Position numbers and translations under genes: made by a program. The notes beneath the pieces were generated by a model that did no database searches, was not told the origin of the DNA, and saw only the letters and a program-made list of their open reading frames with translations. Below are positions 1-10,594 of a stretch of DNA of 28,883 bases, piece after piece (position 1 is the stretch's first letter; each line of letters opens with the position of its first letter). This stretch comes from a virus. Its lineage: Duplodnaviria > Caudoviricetes. The DNA is taken from IMG/VR virus record IMGVR_UViG_3300032330_001930, positions 1 through 28,883 of that record. The stretch is one strand, 5' to 3'.

Positions 1-1
1 A

Positions 2-814
2 AACTTCCTTACCATACGACATTAATTTCTCAGCATGTTTAAGGGCATCTTTTTTAGCATCATTATCTAGTGCAATGTAAATTCTATCAACGCTTGATTT
101 AACTAGTTTTTCCATTAGTTTGTCGTGTAATACTTTACCTAATAATGGAATTACGTTTCTTTTAATTGTGATTGCATCAAACATACCTTCACAAAGTATG
201 ATTGGTGCATCCCAATTTATGTATAGTTCTAAACCTATAACTTCCTTAGATGCTACAGGTGGATTTTTATATTTGCGATCTGATTCTTTATAAGCACGAG
301 CAACAAAATAATTTAATATTCCGTTTGAATCATATGATGGGATAATAACACGACCACCATACGAACCATCTTTACAGAAACCAATATTGTATTTTAAAAT
401 ATCATCTTTAGTTACGCCTCGTTTTGTTAAAAATCTTAAAGCATGTTTAGCCTCTATTTGAGCGATCTTGTCCGAGTAAATACCGTCTAATGCGATAAAT
501 TCGGCGGGTAAAGCGAGTACCTCAGTAGATACAATATCTTCTACATTCGTAGGTTGAATGAGTAGATTTAGGTCTTGAAATTTGTCTGGTGTTGCTTTTG
601 CTTGTTTAAATAGGGTACGTATGGTTTTACCCTTAGTATCACACACCCAACAATGCCAAAAATTTTGTTTTTTAGCTGTGGTACGTAATGATACTTCTAG
701 TTTGTTCTTATGATGAGAACAGAATGGACACTTGAAAGCATAGTTACCTTTGCTAGTCGGTGTTCCTTTTCCTAAAACAGATTCTACTAATACTAGTAGA
801 GCAGCATTTTCCAT
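2..814 (-). CDS. DNA primase (Zn-finger + TOPRIM), 3' end runs off the window
   Basis: Not in the ORF track. Manual translation from ATG 814: MENAALLVLVESVLGKG...CPFCSH...WHCWVCD (Zn finger)...RVIIPSYD...ILCEGMFDA...IYIALDND (TOPRIM EG and DxD motifs). Confidence 0.92.
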   Translation of the reverse strand, partial: MENAALLVLVESVLGKGTPTSKGNYAFKCPFCSHHKNKLEVSLRTTAKKQNFWHCWVCDTKGKTIRTLFKQAKATPDKFQDLNLLIQPTNVEDIVSTEVLALPAEFIALDGIYSDKIAQIEAKHALRFLTKRGVTKDDILKYNIGFCKDGSYGGRVIIPSYDSNGILNYFVARAYKESDRKYKNPPVASKEVIGLELYINWDAPIILCEGMFDAITIKRNVIPLLGKVLHDKLMEKLVKSSVDRIYIALDNDAKKDALKHAEKLMSYGKEV

Positions 815-819
815 AACCT

Positions 820-851
820 GGAATATAATAAATTATTCTGCCTCAATCAAA
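820..851 (-). promoter_or_regulatory. Bacteroidota-type promoter for the primase gene
   Basis: Minus strand TTTG-ATTGAGGCA-N11-TATATTCC; 20 nt between -33 and -7; overlaps the upstream gene end. Confidence 0.55.
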
Positions 852-1288
852 TCTTTGCGGAAGAATTTACCTAAGATATTATCATTTAGGTAGCGATCAT
901 CTTCTAAAACGTTATGTTGAAATAGGTATTTTGTTTCCCAATAAGTTAATTGCTTACTAGTTTTACATAACTTATACACGTAACGTACTAAATTTTCTTT
1001 AGGTAATTTTTTTACTTCCTCTGATGAGCCATAATATGTTTTCCAATCACTTTCAGATATAACTAATTTTTTGCTTGGTTTTTTACCACGAGCCGTAGGT
1101 AGTGCAGCTAATTCTTTCTTACCTAATTTTTTATTTTGTTTGTGAAAGAAAGCTTTTTTACCAATATATTCTTTACCTGTAGTTGGATCTACAGTGCAAT
1201 AAACATATCCATAATATTCGGAAGGATCAAAACTAGGATCATTAATTAAATCCTCTACTTTAGGGACAGGTCCTACTACTTGCATCAT
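833..1288 (-). CDS. GIY-YIG family endonuclease (Seg/DenA-like, T4-like phages)
   Basis: YGYVY...KEYIGKK, ESDWKTYYGSS, conserved Glu and YLNDNI. Confidence 0.8.
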   Translation of the reverse strand: MMQVVGPVPKVEDLINDPSFDPSEYYGYVYCTVDPTTGKEYIGKKAFFHKQNKKLGKKELAALPTARGKKPSKKLVISESDWKTYYGSSEEVKKLPKENLVRYVYKLCKTSKQLTYWETKYLFQHNVLEDDRYLNDNILGKFFRKDLIEAE

Positions 1289-1305
1289 AACTATTATTTT
1301 ATTTT

Positions 1306-2169
1306 TTAAGTATCGTATTTAACTACGAATGTCATATCTGTATTTGGGGAAATTAATATTGGTTTACCAAACTTAGCAACCGCTAATAATTCATCATTAT
1401 CGTTATATAAACCAATTGATGTAGCATAAGGATGGAAATCAGAACCTGTTGCAAAATTCTTAATAGAACCACTTGCATAACTTCCTGATACTACAGTTGG
1501 GTTATAAGTTAAATTATAATCACTTTCTTTAACCAAACAACGAACTTCATTTTCATAAATAGTATGTTCGTTTGCAAAATATAAAGTAAAGGTATTTGTA
1601 AATAAACTCTGATAGGATTGATTTGTGATAACAAACATACCATGAGCATAAAATAAATTACCTACATGAGTTTTAGTAGAATAAGTATTGTATAGATTTC
1701 CAAAACCATCATCAATAATATTAATAGAAGTTCCTGTTAATAAAACACTATTTGGTAATACTTTATTACCATAAACATCTTGATTAATAGCTAATACTTG
1801 AATAGTTTGATTAGCTCCTGTTGGATAATTGTTTACAAAATTATCATTATCATTATATATAAAATATGATGATGTAGGACGTTGTTGAGATGCTGATTCG
1901 TAATTATTAAGAGAACGAGCTAAAGAAGATGTATCTAAAGATCCAGTATATGTTTGATAAAACAAATGATTAATACTGTTATAAACTAATCTTTCATATT
2001 GTCCTGCAGTTATAGGATCACTACTTGTAGAAAATGTTCCTGGAACATTAGTACCTTTGTAAATAGATGAATATGTCGTTGAAGTTGATCTTGAAAAACT
2101 CCATTGTTTGTTAGCATAGTAAGGTACTACCGTAACATCTGATTTGCTTAGTTTCTTGAATGAAGACAT
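1306..2169 (-). CDS. Virion structural protein (tail/baseplate), paralogue of 2173-3168
   Basis: S/T/N-rich; C-terminal YATSIGLYNDNDELLAVAKFGKP resembles tail-collar/fibre-attachment domains. Confidence 0.65.
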   Translation of the reverse strand: MSSFKKLSKSDVTVVPYYANKQWSFSRSTSTTYSSIYKGTNVPGTFSTSSDPITAGQYERLVYNSINHLFYQTYTGSLDTSSLARSLNNYESASQQRPTSSYFIYNDNDNFVNNYPTGANQTIQVLAINQDVYGNKVLPNSVLLTGTSINIIDDGFGNLYNTYSTKTHVGNLFYAHGMFVITNQSYQSLFTNTFTLYFANEHTIYENEVRCLVKESDYNLTYNPTVVSGSYASGSIKNFATGSDFHPYATSIGLYNDNDELLAVAKFGKPILISPNTDMTFVVKYDT

Positions 2170-2172
2170 GCA

Positions 2173-3168
2173 TTAATAATCTAATTTGATTCTAATTAAA
2201 GCTTCTTTAGTAAAATCTTTTGTTAATGGTCTACTTAATTTAGATACAGCTAATAATTCGTTATTATCATTATACATACCTACTGTTGTAATGTATGTTT
2301 GAGGATTATTAATTAATGTTGTATATAATAAGTTACCATTATCATCTATAATAGATGGGTTTGTAGTATAGTTAAATTCACCATTTTTAATTCTTGTAAA
2401 GAAGTAACGAGATGAAATTGTTTCAGATGATTGTAAACCAAAACTTCCACCATTTACAATTGAATCAGCTAATTTTTTATGATTGTATTGTGCAGATCCT
2501 GTAGATGTACCTAAAGGTGCAAAATAATTCTTTAAATTAACTGTTGCTGATGATGAAGCATTTAATACAACAATATTAAGATTAGGGAACATCATACCAT
2601 ATATTGAAGCAGATGCTGCTGGAGTATATGCATTGCCATTACTTCCACTAATAATATAAAAAACTTCATTTTCACCTATATAACGAGTTAAACTTGTAGT
2701 TTTACTATCGTCTGTTAATTTAATAGTGTTACTACCACTAGTTAAAGTTAAATTAAATGAACCTGGTAATAAAGATTCTTTATAGCGAGCTCTAGAAATG
2801 TTAATTACAAAGATATCATTTGCGGTTGTAGTTCCACCATCAAAGCTAAAGTTTGTAGTTTCAGTTCCATAAACTAAGTTTCTGTATTGTCCATAAACAA
2901 CACGAGAAGGAGTATAGTTAGCAACTGCTGAATTTATAAGTGCAGATCCAGATCCGTACAAGTTACCATATTGGATATCAAATTGTACAGTTGAATTAGC
3001 TGAATTGTATATTCCGTTATATACATCTAAATAATATTCAGTGTAAGTACTAGAAGTATAAAAATAGTTTAATGTATTAATATCTCCATTGTTATATAAA
3101 AACAATCCACGTACTACGGTTTCTGAGCTAATTACTGAATCTTCTGGGTTATATCTTGAAAATGACAT
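2173..3168 (-). CDS. Virion structural protein (tail/baseplate)
   Basis: C-terminal YITTVGMYNDNNELLAVSKLSRP is shared with the neighbouring gene; structural module context. Confidence 0.65.
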   Translation of the reverse strand: MSFSRYNPEDSVISSETVVRGLFLYNNGDINTLNYFYTSSTYTEYYLDVYNGIYNSANSTVQFDIQYGNLYGSGSALINSAVANYTPSRVVYGQYRNLVYGTETTNFSFDGGTTTANDIFVINISRARYKESLLPGSFNLTLTSGSNTIKLTDDSKTTSLTRYIGENEVFYIISGSNGNAYTPAASASIYGMMFPNLNIVVLNASSSATVNLKNYFAPLGTSTGSAQYNHKKLADSIVNGGSFGLQSSETISSRYFFTRIKNGEFNYTTNPSIIDDNGNLLYTTLINNPQTYITTVGMYNDNNELLAVSKLSRPLTKDFTKEALIRIKLDY

Positions 3169-3184
3169 ATTATTTTAAATTATT

Positions 3185-3850
3185 TTAGTATGTTGATACT
3201 TTTTGAATGTTCAATGGAATAGTAACTCTTGCTCCACTATCTCTACCAATTACTGTAATTGTAGTAGATAATTGTGATAATGTAGAACCAAATAACGTAT
3301 TAACTGTAGTACCTGATAATGAGAATGAAGTACCAACTTGGCTTACTGAAAGTACAGCACCTGTTGTTGTATTTAAACCTGTAATACCTGGAGTAGTAAC
3401 TGTAATACCAGTACCACTAAATGAAGATACTAAACGAGAATCAGCAATTGTTGCAATGTATCCATTAGCTTCAAATGTACTTGTAGAACCTAAGTAATTA
3501 AGTGTTTGTGGGGTGATTGTTAATGAAGCACCTTGACGTAATGAGATAGTATTGTATCCAAGATTAATAACTGGTAATTTAGATGTACCACGAGGTAATG
3601 TTACCAATTTATAACGCATGATCTGTGATTCATTAGGGAATGCTTCTAATACTGGAGTATTTTCAATTGCTTCACCGTAGAATGCAGATCCTGATGGGTG
3701 GTTTGGATTATACAAGGTATAATCAACTTCATCATCAGCTAATGCGAATTGTGTAATTTGAAATGAACCATCATTACGAGCCAATAATTCGCGGCCCTTC
3801 GTGGTTAATATTGCATCTACAGTTATTGTTGTAGGGTTTAAAATTGCCAT
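3185..3850 (-). CDS. Virion structural protein, tail-collar-like N-terminus
   Basis: AILTTKGRELLA...ITQFALAD motif; beta-rich C-terminus; late motif upstream. Confidence 0.6.
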   Translation of the reverse strand: MAILNPTTITVDAILTTKGRELLARNDGSFQITQFALADDEVDYTLYNPNHPSGSAFYGEAIENTPVLEAFPNESQIMRYKLVTLPRGTSKLPVINLGYNTISLRQGASLTITPQTLNYLGSTSTFEANGYIATIADSRLVSSFSGTGITVTTPGITGLNTTTGAVLSVSQVGTSFSLSGTTVNTLFGSTLSQLSTTITVIGRDSGARVTIPLNIQKVSTY

Positions 3851-3872
3851 AGTTCTTTATGTTGTATATACT

Positions 3873-3880
3873 ATAAATAT
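3873..3880 (-). promoter_or_regulatory. Putative late promoter ATATTTAT
   Basis: The same octamer lies 4-22 nt upstream of six start codons in the late region. Confidence 0.55.
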
Positions 3881-3887
3881 ATTAAAT

Positions 3888-4640
3888 TTAGAAGCTTCCA
3901 CCACTAATATCATTTATTACTGATTGATCATTAAGTAGTTTTTGTTTAACTTCTTTAGTTATTGTGTCAATGTTTGCTAATACTTCTTTACCAAGATCCT
4001 CAGGTATCAAGAAACCATACGATGTTTTACCATCACGTTTTGTAAAGTTTAATATAACGTTAGTTTCATCTGATTGTCTGGATATTATTAAGAATCGTGT
4101 ATAAGTTTGGTTTGCTAAATCACTTTTTAAAATAGCAGACAATTGAGTATTTAATTTTAAATGCAGTTTTGCTGGAGAACCGTCTAGATATGCATTTACT
4201 ATTCTAGATTCTATATAAGTTCCATCTGACAAATATACTAATAAAATATCTGAATTATTAATTACAAAAGGGTAATCTACATCACCATAATTGTATGTTC
4301 CTGCATATAATGTATTTATTGAACCTGTTAGTGGATTAGGGACAAAAGTATAATTACCACCATAAAAACTACTAATATTTGATGATAATACAATCTCATC
4401 AGTATTAGATCCTAAAGATATAGAAGCAGAGTCAAAATATGAAGGTACTGTTGTATTATAACCTGTTGAAGCAGCTAATGATGATACTTCTAAACTTCCT
4501 GCTCCAATAGATGCTGTAAAATTACTACCTGTAAGTCCTGTAACTCCATCTAAGTGTAACTTAAATATAAGTTTTTCCCCAGCGCCTAATGGTGTTGAAG
4601 GAATATTTAAATTAAAAGTTGTACTTGTTGTTTTTGACAT
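3888..4640 (-). CDS. Virion structural protein
   Basis: S/T/G-rich beta protein directly downstream of the large wedge gene. Confidence 0.6.
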   Translation of the reverse strand: MSKTTSTTFNLNIPSTPLGAGEKLIFKLHLDGVTGLTGSNFTASIGAGSLEVSSLAASTGYNTTVPSYFDSASISLGSNTDEIVLSSNISSFYGGNYTFVPNPLTGSINTLYAGTYNYGDVDYPFVINNSDILLVYLSDGTYIESRIVNAYLDGSPAKLHLKLNTQLSAILKSDLANQTYTRFLIISRQSDETNVILNFTKRDGKTSYGFLIPEDLGKEVLANIDTITKEVKQKLLNDQSVINDISGGSF

Positions 4641-4650
4641 TTTATTTTAT

Positions 4651-7600
4651 TTAGTTTGCATAATAAAGACAAACTCCTAAGTCTGGTATGCTTAAAGTTA
4701 CTAGAGTAGATCCTATCATAAATGTATTTCCATTCATTTTTGTTCCTACTCCTTGGATATCTACTGTAACATTTTTCTTATAACGAGTAATACCTGTACT
4801 TAATCCGTATCCGTTAGATCCAAGTGCAGCTCCAAATGTTGATCCTGCTGGGATAGTTAAGGAAGAACCTGGTGTAAGATAATCACTATCTTCTGATCCT
4901 CCTATACAAGTACCTGCAACATAACCATCAACACCAGCAGCAACAATAACTATATCAGTAGATGGAATTGGATTATCTAAATCAAATCCAAAGTAACCAG
5001 CTTGATAATCAAGGAATGTTAATGTTGCTGTTGGAGGATCACCTGCTTTAAAGTATTGAGTATCTTGACTTATAAGATGTTCAGTTCCTCCAACATCTTT
5101 TCTATATACTTGTAAAGACCAAGTAGCATCGTTTATTGGATTTGTTGGTTGTTCATAAGTAAATGGTAAAGATGCATTAATTATATAATTACCAGTTTCA
5201 GCAACAGAATATGTTGGGAAATGGTTTGAAGATCCTGGTGTAAATACATTATTAGAATCTATAGTTTCTGTATCAAATATATTATAAACATATCCTGAAT
5301 TTAAAGGGTATGCTGGAGATGTACTACCACTAATAAATGCATTTGGAGATAAACTATTGTTAGCTACTACTTTATAAGATACAGCTTGATTTACATTTTG
5401 AAAATACAAAATAGAATCAGAACCTGTAGGTCCAAAATATAAAATTGGATTATAGCTATAACCACTATCAAATATTATTTTTTCACCATCAGTAGTTTTT
5501 TGGTTGCTATATAATTGATTATTAAATAAAGATACACTACCTGTATGACCAGCAACAAATGTATTTTGAATTTCAGGCCAATGTCTATTACGTAAGTTTA
5601 ATTCAGTTAAATTACCATCAATATCAACTAAATATTTTAATACAGCGTTATTACGCTTTGGTAAGAATTTATTTAAAGTAACTTCTGAGAATAGTCCTAG
5701 TTTAGTAGAATTTCTATCTATAACAGCTGTTTTACCAAAAGAAACATCTCCATCATAATTAGCAGAGGCACTAGTATAGTTGTTGTATAACAAACTATAT
5801 ATTTTAGAACCTTCATAACGTGATAATTGATGTGTTCTTAAAGAATCATATGAATCTTGTAATTGAGCAGGGAAAGTAATGTATTGGTTATTAGTACCAA
5901 AAATATATTCTATATCTCTTTTATTCCCAGATACTCTACTTTGGCTGATATTATTAAATAATATATTAAAATCAGAGTGAACAAAATCATTAGAATCAAA
6001 TGATGAAGGAACATATTGTGAAAACCAATAACCACCACTTATGTAATATTCGTAAGTATAACTTTCATAATCGGAGTTACTATAGCCTGGTAATAGATAA
6101 GGATTAAAATTACCACTTACAAAATAATTATAAACATTAATTCCACTACCTGTAAAATTACCATCGTAATAAGGTAATTTAGTTCCTGTTAAACCATCAT
6201 ACAAATCAGTATATTCAGATCCAATTGTAGAACCACTTATAGAACCTGTAGTAGCATTAATTTTAGAAGTAGCATTTGGCTTAGCAACTACAAATTTATT
6301 TCTTTCAAGTATTGGTGAATTAATTGTAACTCCTGTTGATAAATTAGCTCTTGCAGGAACATAATCCTTTATCATTTTAAACAATGAGTTATCAAAAAAT
6401 TGTATTAAGCGAATAAAACTATTATAGTCTGTAGCTCCAATTGATCCACTACCTGCTGAACCTGTAAATGGAATAATAGAGGCAGTAAGTGGAGAATAAT
6501 ATGTTTGTTTTTCAACTAATAAATCAGCATAAGAACTACTGTATTGTTGCCTAGGATCACCTATGTAGTTATCTAAATTCCAAGTTGGATTAGATACTGC
6601 AATTGATGCTGAAGTAAATTGATCAATTTTATCTTGAGGTGAAAATGAAACATCTACATAATGTAAATCATTTGTTCTAAATAAAGTTGATGATGTAGGT
6701 TGTTGTTGTAAACTAATATAAGGTGATAAAACACTACCTGTTACTATACTATTAGATATTATTCTAACTTTATCTGAATTTTGTTCAAATATATTATTAG
6801 TTTTTAAACTACCACCATATTCTTTAATAGGCAATATACTACCAGTAATACCAAAAGTTGAAATTAATGTTTGTAAACCATAATTAGTACCTTTTGTTTT
6901 TAATAATAAAGGTAAATTATGATAAATTCTTTTATAAGATTCAGCTAATAAATCTTTATGTGGGATCGTATTTAAATAAGAACCTGTAGATGTAAAGTTA
7001 TTATCCCAATTAGCGCTACCACTATTACCTATTAAAAAATCAATATTACTTGAATCACCATATTGGTTATATAGTTTAATTCCTAATGATTGTAAAACAT
7101 GGTATACTAAATCTTTAGAAACACCTTTATCTAGATTATTATTTGATAAATTAGTGTCAGTAACAGCAGATAAGAAAATCCAAATATTGTCAAAATAATG
7201 ACCAATCATATTAAGAAAAGTAATATATTGGCTATTATTATCATCATCCTTAACAAAAGCAGGTAATGTATTTACAATATAATTTTGATTATCACCATCA
7301 TATAAATTAGCACTAGATGTAGTAGCATTATACCAAGTTAAAGCTGATGATGTAGAAGCTAATGTATATGGAAGTGATGAATTGGTTTTTGGCCAAGTAT
7401 ATGAACTAGAATCAAAATATAGATAATATTCATATCCATCAAAATTAGATATAATATCATTAATACTAGCAGTAGCCGTATTAATATCACTAAGCATACT
7501 AGGGAATAAAGAAGATGAAATAGTGTACTTATTTATACTATTTTTATAATCTTCTATTTGTTTTATCTTAGTATAAAACTTTTTAACTCTTTGTTCTGCT

Positions 7601-8499
7601 GAACTAAAAAATATAAAATTATTATAGCTAGTATAATCTACATTTATATCAATACTTTGTGAAGTAACTAAACTTAAAAGTTGTTGGTATGAAGAAGTAG
7701 AAACACTTTGTACACTACTTACTAATCCCTCATAGGTTTGATATGAAGTTGCAACGTTATTTTGATCAGCAATTTCAATACCAAAATTAGGACCTCTTAA
7801 TTTAGGACCTGAGGGTAATGTTATTAGTTTATCTAAGTTAATATCAAAAGAAAATGGATTAGTTTTTTCTTCTACAATCCATAAACTAGATTTTTCTTGT
7901 ATATTTAAATCTAATGGTTGATATAATTTAAATAATATCTCATATCCTGGTTCAGCTTTATTTAAAGCAATATTAACAGCTAACGCCTGAGTATTTTTAC
8001 CAAAATTAACAATATATTCTGTAAAGTAAGCTGATCCTGTATATTGATTAATAAGTTCAATAGATTCACTTTCAATCTGTTCGTTAGTTAAAATAGTAGA
8101 TCCAACTCTAATTTCAGTTCTGTCTGATGATATTTCTTTTAAAAATAATTGAGCGCTAGGATTAGAAAGCTTATTTGTAAAAAAGTTATATTGAGTTTTA
8201 AACTCACCAGATGAATAACCTAAATTTTGAAGATCCATAACAGGATCAATCTCAATTATAGGTAAGCTACCTGAAGGGGTAACAAATGAGGTTGAAGGTG
8301 ATTTAAAATCTTTATAATTATAATTTAAATTTAAAAGATTACCTACAGCGTCATAAATAAAATATTCTATATAGTCACCAGTATGACCAAAATCTTTTTG
8401 TATTTTTTGAGACGTAAGTAATCTAGTATCAGTAACATCATAACGAGATATTTCCTGTGTACTTAAAATTTCACCTACTATTTTAATATTATCTGCCAT
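4651..8499 (-). CDS. Large baseplate wedge/tail structural protein (gp7-like region)
   Basis: 1282 aa; LPAFVKDD...FLNMIGHYFD...KRIYHNLPLLLKTKGT...IKEYG resembles wedge proteins; near gp6/gp25-like genes. Confidence 0.65.
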   Translation of the reverse strand: MADNIKIVGEILSTQEISRYDVTDTRLLTSQKIQKDFGHTGDYIEYFIYDAVGNLLNLNYNYKDFKSPSTSFVTPSGSLPIIEIDPVMDLQNLGYSSGEFKTQYNFFTNKLSNPSAQLFLKEISSDRTEIRVGSTILTNEQIESESIELINQYTGSAYFTEYIVNFGKNTQALAVNIALNKAEPGYEILFKLYQPLDLNIQEKSSLWIVEEKTNPFSFDINLDKLITLPSGPKLRGPNFGIEIADQNNVATSYQTYEGLVSSVQSVSTSSYQQLLSLVTSQSIDINVDYTSYNNFIFFSSAEQRVKKFYTKIKQIEDYKNSINKYTISSSLFPSMLSDINTATASINDIISNFDGYEYYLYFDSSSYTWPKTNSSLPYTLASTSSALTWYNATTSSANLYDGDNQNYIVNTLPAFVKDDDNNSQYITFLNMIGHYFDNIWIFLSAVTDTNLSNNNLDKGVSKDLVYHVLQSLGIKLYNQYGDSSNIDFLIGNSGSANWDNNFTSTGSYLNTIPHKDLLAESYKRIYHNLPLLLKTKGTNYGLQTLISTFGITGSILPIKEYGGSLKTNNIFEQNSDKVRIISNSIVTGSVLSPYISLQQQPTSSTLFRTNDLHYVDVSFSPQDKIDQFTSASIAVSNPTWNLDNYIGDPRQQYSSSYADLLVEKQTYYSPLTASIIPFTGSAGSGSIGATDYNSFIRLIQFFDNSLFKMIKDYVPARANLSTGVTINSPILERNKFVVAKPNATSKINATTGSISGSTIGSEYTDLYDGLTGTKLPYYDGNFTGSGINVYNYFVSGNFNPYLLPGYSNSDYESYTYEYYISGGYWFSQYVPSSFDSNDFVHSDFNILFNNISQSRVSGNKRDIEYIFGTNNQYITFPAQLQDSYDSLRTHQLSRYEGSKIYSLLYNNYTSASANYDGDVSFGKTAVIDRNSTKLGLFSEVTLNKFLPKRNNAVLKYLVDIDGNLTELNLRNRHWPEIQNTFVAGHTGSVSLFNNQLYSNQKTTDGEKIIFDSGYSYNPILYFGPTGSDSILYFQNVNQAVSYKVVANNSLSPNAFISGSTSPAYPLNSGYVYNIFDTETIDSNNVFTPGSSNHFPTYSVAETGNYIINASLPFTYEQPTNPINDATWSLQVYRKDVGGTEHLISQDTQYFKAGDPPTATLTFLDYQAGYFGFDLDNPIPSTDIVIVAAGVDGYVAGTCIGGSEDSDYLTPGSSLTIPAGSTFGAALGSNGYGLSTGITRYKKNVTVDIQGVGTKMNGNTFMIGSTLVTLSIPDLGVCLYYAN

Positions 8500-8834
8500 T
8501 ATTTTTTAGTCAAATCTTTAATTATTTGTTGCGAGTCCAATATTTCTTGTCTCAACGATGTAATCTCATTTAAAAGAGCTTGAATATCATCTTGACTAAT
8601 ACTTACACCTAAATAATCAGCTTCTTTTTGTAAAATGTATCTATGAGAGTTTGTATCTCCTTCTTTTGGAATTTGATAAAATAGATCTTCATATAATTGA
8701 AAAAAATCATCTACTGTAAACGAAGGTACACTTTCTTGAGTACTTTGGTTTATTAATTGATGAAATTGAGTATCAATTACTTTACTATAAGTATCTTTAT
8801 TAAATACAGTTTTTTGTACTGATATTTGTGACAT
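8499..8834 (-). CDS. Hypothetical protein in the structural module
   Basis: Start and stop overlap both neighbours; C-terminal coiled coil. Confidence 0.7.
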   Translation of the reverse strand: MSQISVQKTVFNKDTYSKVIDTQFHQLINQSTQESVPSFTVDDFFQLYEDLFYQIPKEGDTNSHRYILQKEADYLGVSISQDDIQALLNEITSLRQEILDSQQIIKDLTKK

Positions 8835-9940
8835 TATCTTATAACTTTAAAATAATAATTGTTATCAGATATTACTGTTTCACCATTAGCAAACACAGTC
8901 TTAAATAATAATTTATAGTAACGTTCAGGTTCCAACCCGTTCATATACACATCAAAATAACTACCACTAGCATCACAGCTAATTTTAGTATATTTCGTAT
9001 CGTAATCTACGACAATTTCCTCAGTATCCAAATCTTTTATTGACCAATATGAAGAAGATGGTAATGCTTTATTAGATACATAAAGTGAAGATGTTTTAAA
9101 TACTCTAGCAGGAAACTTGTCTCTAACATTTACTCTAAAACGTTGTACAGAATCTTGTTGGTATTCACCTTTATTATTACCTAATGAAGGTACAAACAAA
9201 TCCGATGTAATAACAGATAATGAACCAGTATTATATGTTGAATCATCCCATCTAAATTCCAAACTTGGAGGATAAATAGTATGAGTATTATCTGAGAAAT
9301 ACTTTAATTCAAATTTAGAAGATGAATTAAATTCTATTGATGGGTTGTGTTTTAAAATAAAACCGTAATTAGGTATAGTAGCAAGATATTGAGCAAAAAC
9401 AGCATTTGTAACTTTTAATTCAATATCTTTAGAAGTAGAATAAGTAAATGATTGAGAAGCAGCATATTGAGAACCAGTCCACCATAAACCGCCTCCTGCA
9501 GTACCCCCATTTCTGTAGGTACCTGTAGTGCCTGTTGGGAATGACCCAGAAGTGAACCAAACACTACCACTTTCTTCATCTTTATATTTCCAACTAGCCC
9601 CGTCACTAGTAATAGGTAAATTACCTAATCTACCTGTACCTTTATTCCAATCAGTTGCTAACGGATAAGTATATAAGGTATAGTTTGTAGGTAATGATGA
9701 TGCATTTGCTAATGATAGTTTAATATAAGCATCGTAGGTATGATTACCAATACCCAAATTATCAAATGTTGATTGAATTTGATCACTAGGAAACTTTAAT
9801 AGAATGCGTGATGATTCATTAGTTCCGTTAATGGAATAATAGGTATTAACCTCTAATATTTCATCTAACCCTGTATTTAATGTAGGGTAAAATGAATATA
9901 GAGTAGCACTCTTTTCGGGAAATATTTTATATACAGACAT
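8834..9940 (-). CDS. Structural protein with DNRLRE/CBM96-like domain
   Basis: SRILLKF...AYIKL...PLATDWNKG...ASW...LKVTNAV...NYGFILK...FSDN...PSLEF pattern. Confidence 0.55.
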   Translation of the reverse strand: MSVYKIFPEKSATLYSFYPTLNTGLDEILEVNTYYSINGTNESSRILLKFPSDQIQSTFDNLGIGNHTYDAYIKLSLANASSLPTNYTLYTYPLATDWNKGTGRLGNLPITSDGASWKYKDEESGSVWFTSGSFPTGTTGTYRNGGTAGGGLWWTGSQYAASQSFTYSTSKDIELKVTNAVFAQYLATIPNYGFILKHNPSIEFNSSSKFELKYFSDNTHTIYPPSLEFRWDDSTYNTGSLSVITSDLFVPSLGNNKGEYQQDSVQRFRVNVRDKFPARVFKTSSLYVSNKALPSSSYWSIKDLDTEEIVVDYDTKYTKISCDASGSYFDVYMNGLEPERYYKLLFKTVFANGETVISDNNYYFKVIR

Positions 9941-9958
9941 AGTTAGTAATTACTACAT

Positions 9959-9966
9959 ATAAATAT
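9959..9966 (-). promoter_or_regulatory. Putative late promoter ATATTTAT
   Basis: Intergenic, 18 nt upstream of ATG 9940. Confidence 0.55.
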
Positions 9967-9984
9967 GGCAACTACTAAACTGTT

Positions 9985-10584
9985 TTATGCTAATAGTGCG
10001 TAAAACTCATTAAAATGTTTGATACGATCATCTAATCCAATTGTACCACCATTAACACGTTTAGTAATAGACGTAACAACTGCTGTAGTTGCACCGCCAT
10101 CTGCCATTTTGTGTAAACCATTTTTATTAAAGAACCACGCTGCTGATAATAATGGATATTGAGTTGCAACTAATGTTGGGTCCGTATTAACATCAGCACC
10201 AATTGATTTGAAAAATGCTTGATAGTTAGTTTTACCAGTTAATTGAATATACCCACGACCACAAAACTTAGCACCGTCACCACTTGCTTCATCACCATTA
10301 CCCATTCTACCACCATAAACCTTATTTGCAATTTTTTCAGGTTTGCGTTCGTATTGTTTAGCTAATGCTTCATTTGGGAAATATTTTTTAAATATACCCA
10401 TTAAACCTTTAGCACTATAATTTAAGTTTTCTTTTACTAATCTGAAATTACCTGACTCATGACCACATTGAGCTAAAAAATGAGCTAAACGTAGTGGAGT
10501 ATTAATTTCAAATTTTTCCATAACTCCTGGGATTTGAGTTATAACTGTATCAGGAACATGTCCTTTTAATTTTTCTAAATTCAT
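9985..10584 (-). CDS. Glycoside hydrolase family 19 lysin (chitinase-like muramidase)
   Basis: AHFLAQCGHESG, ENLNYS, GRGYIQLTGKTNY, TKRVNGG..GLDDR motifs. Confidence 0.93.
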   Translation of the reverse strand: MNLEKLKGHVPDTVITQIPGVMEKFEINTPLRLAHFLAQCGHESGNFRLVKENLNYSAKGLMGIFKKYFPNEALAKQYERKPEKIANKVYGGRMGNGDEASGDGAKFCGRGYIQLTGKTNYQAFFKSIGADVNTDPTLVATQYPLLSAAWFFNKNGLHKMADGGATTAVVTSITKRVNGGTIGLDDRIKHFNEFYALLA

Positions 10585-10594
10585 ATTTTTAATT

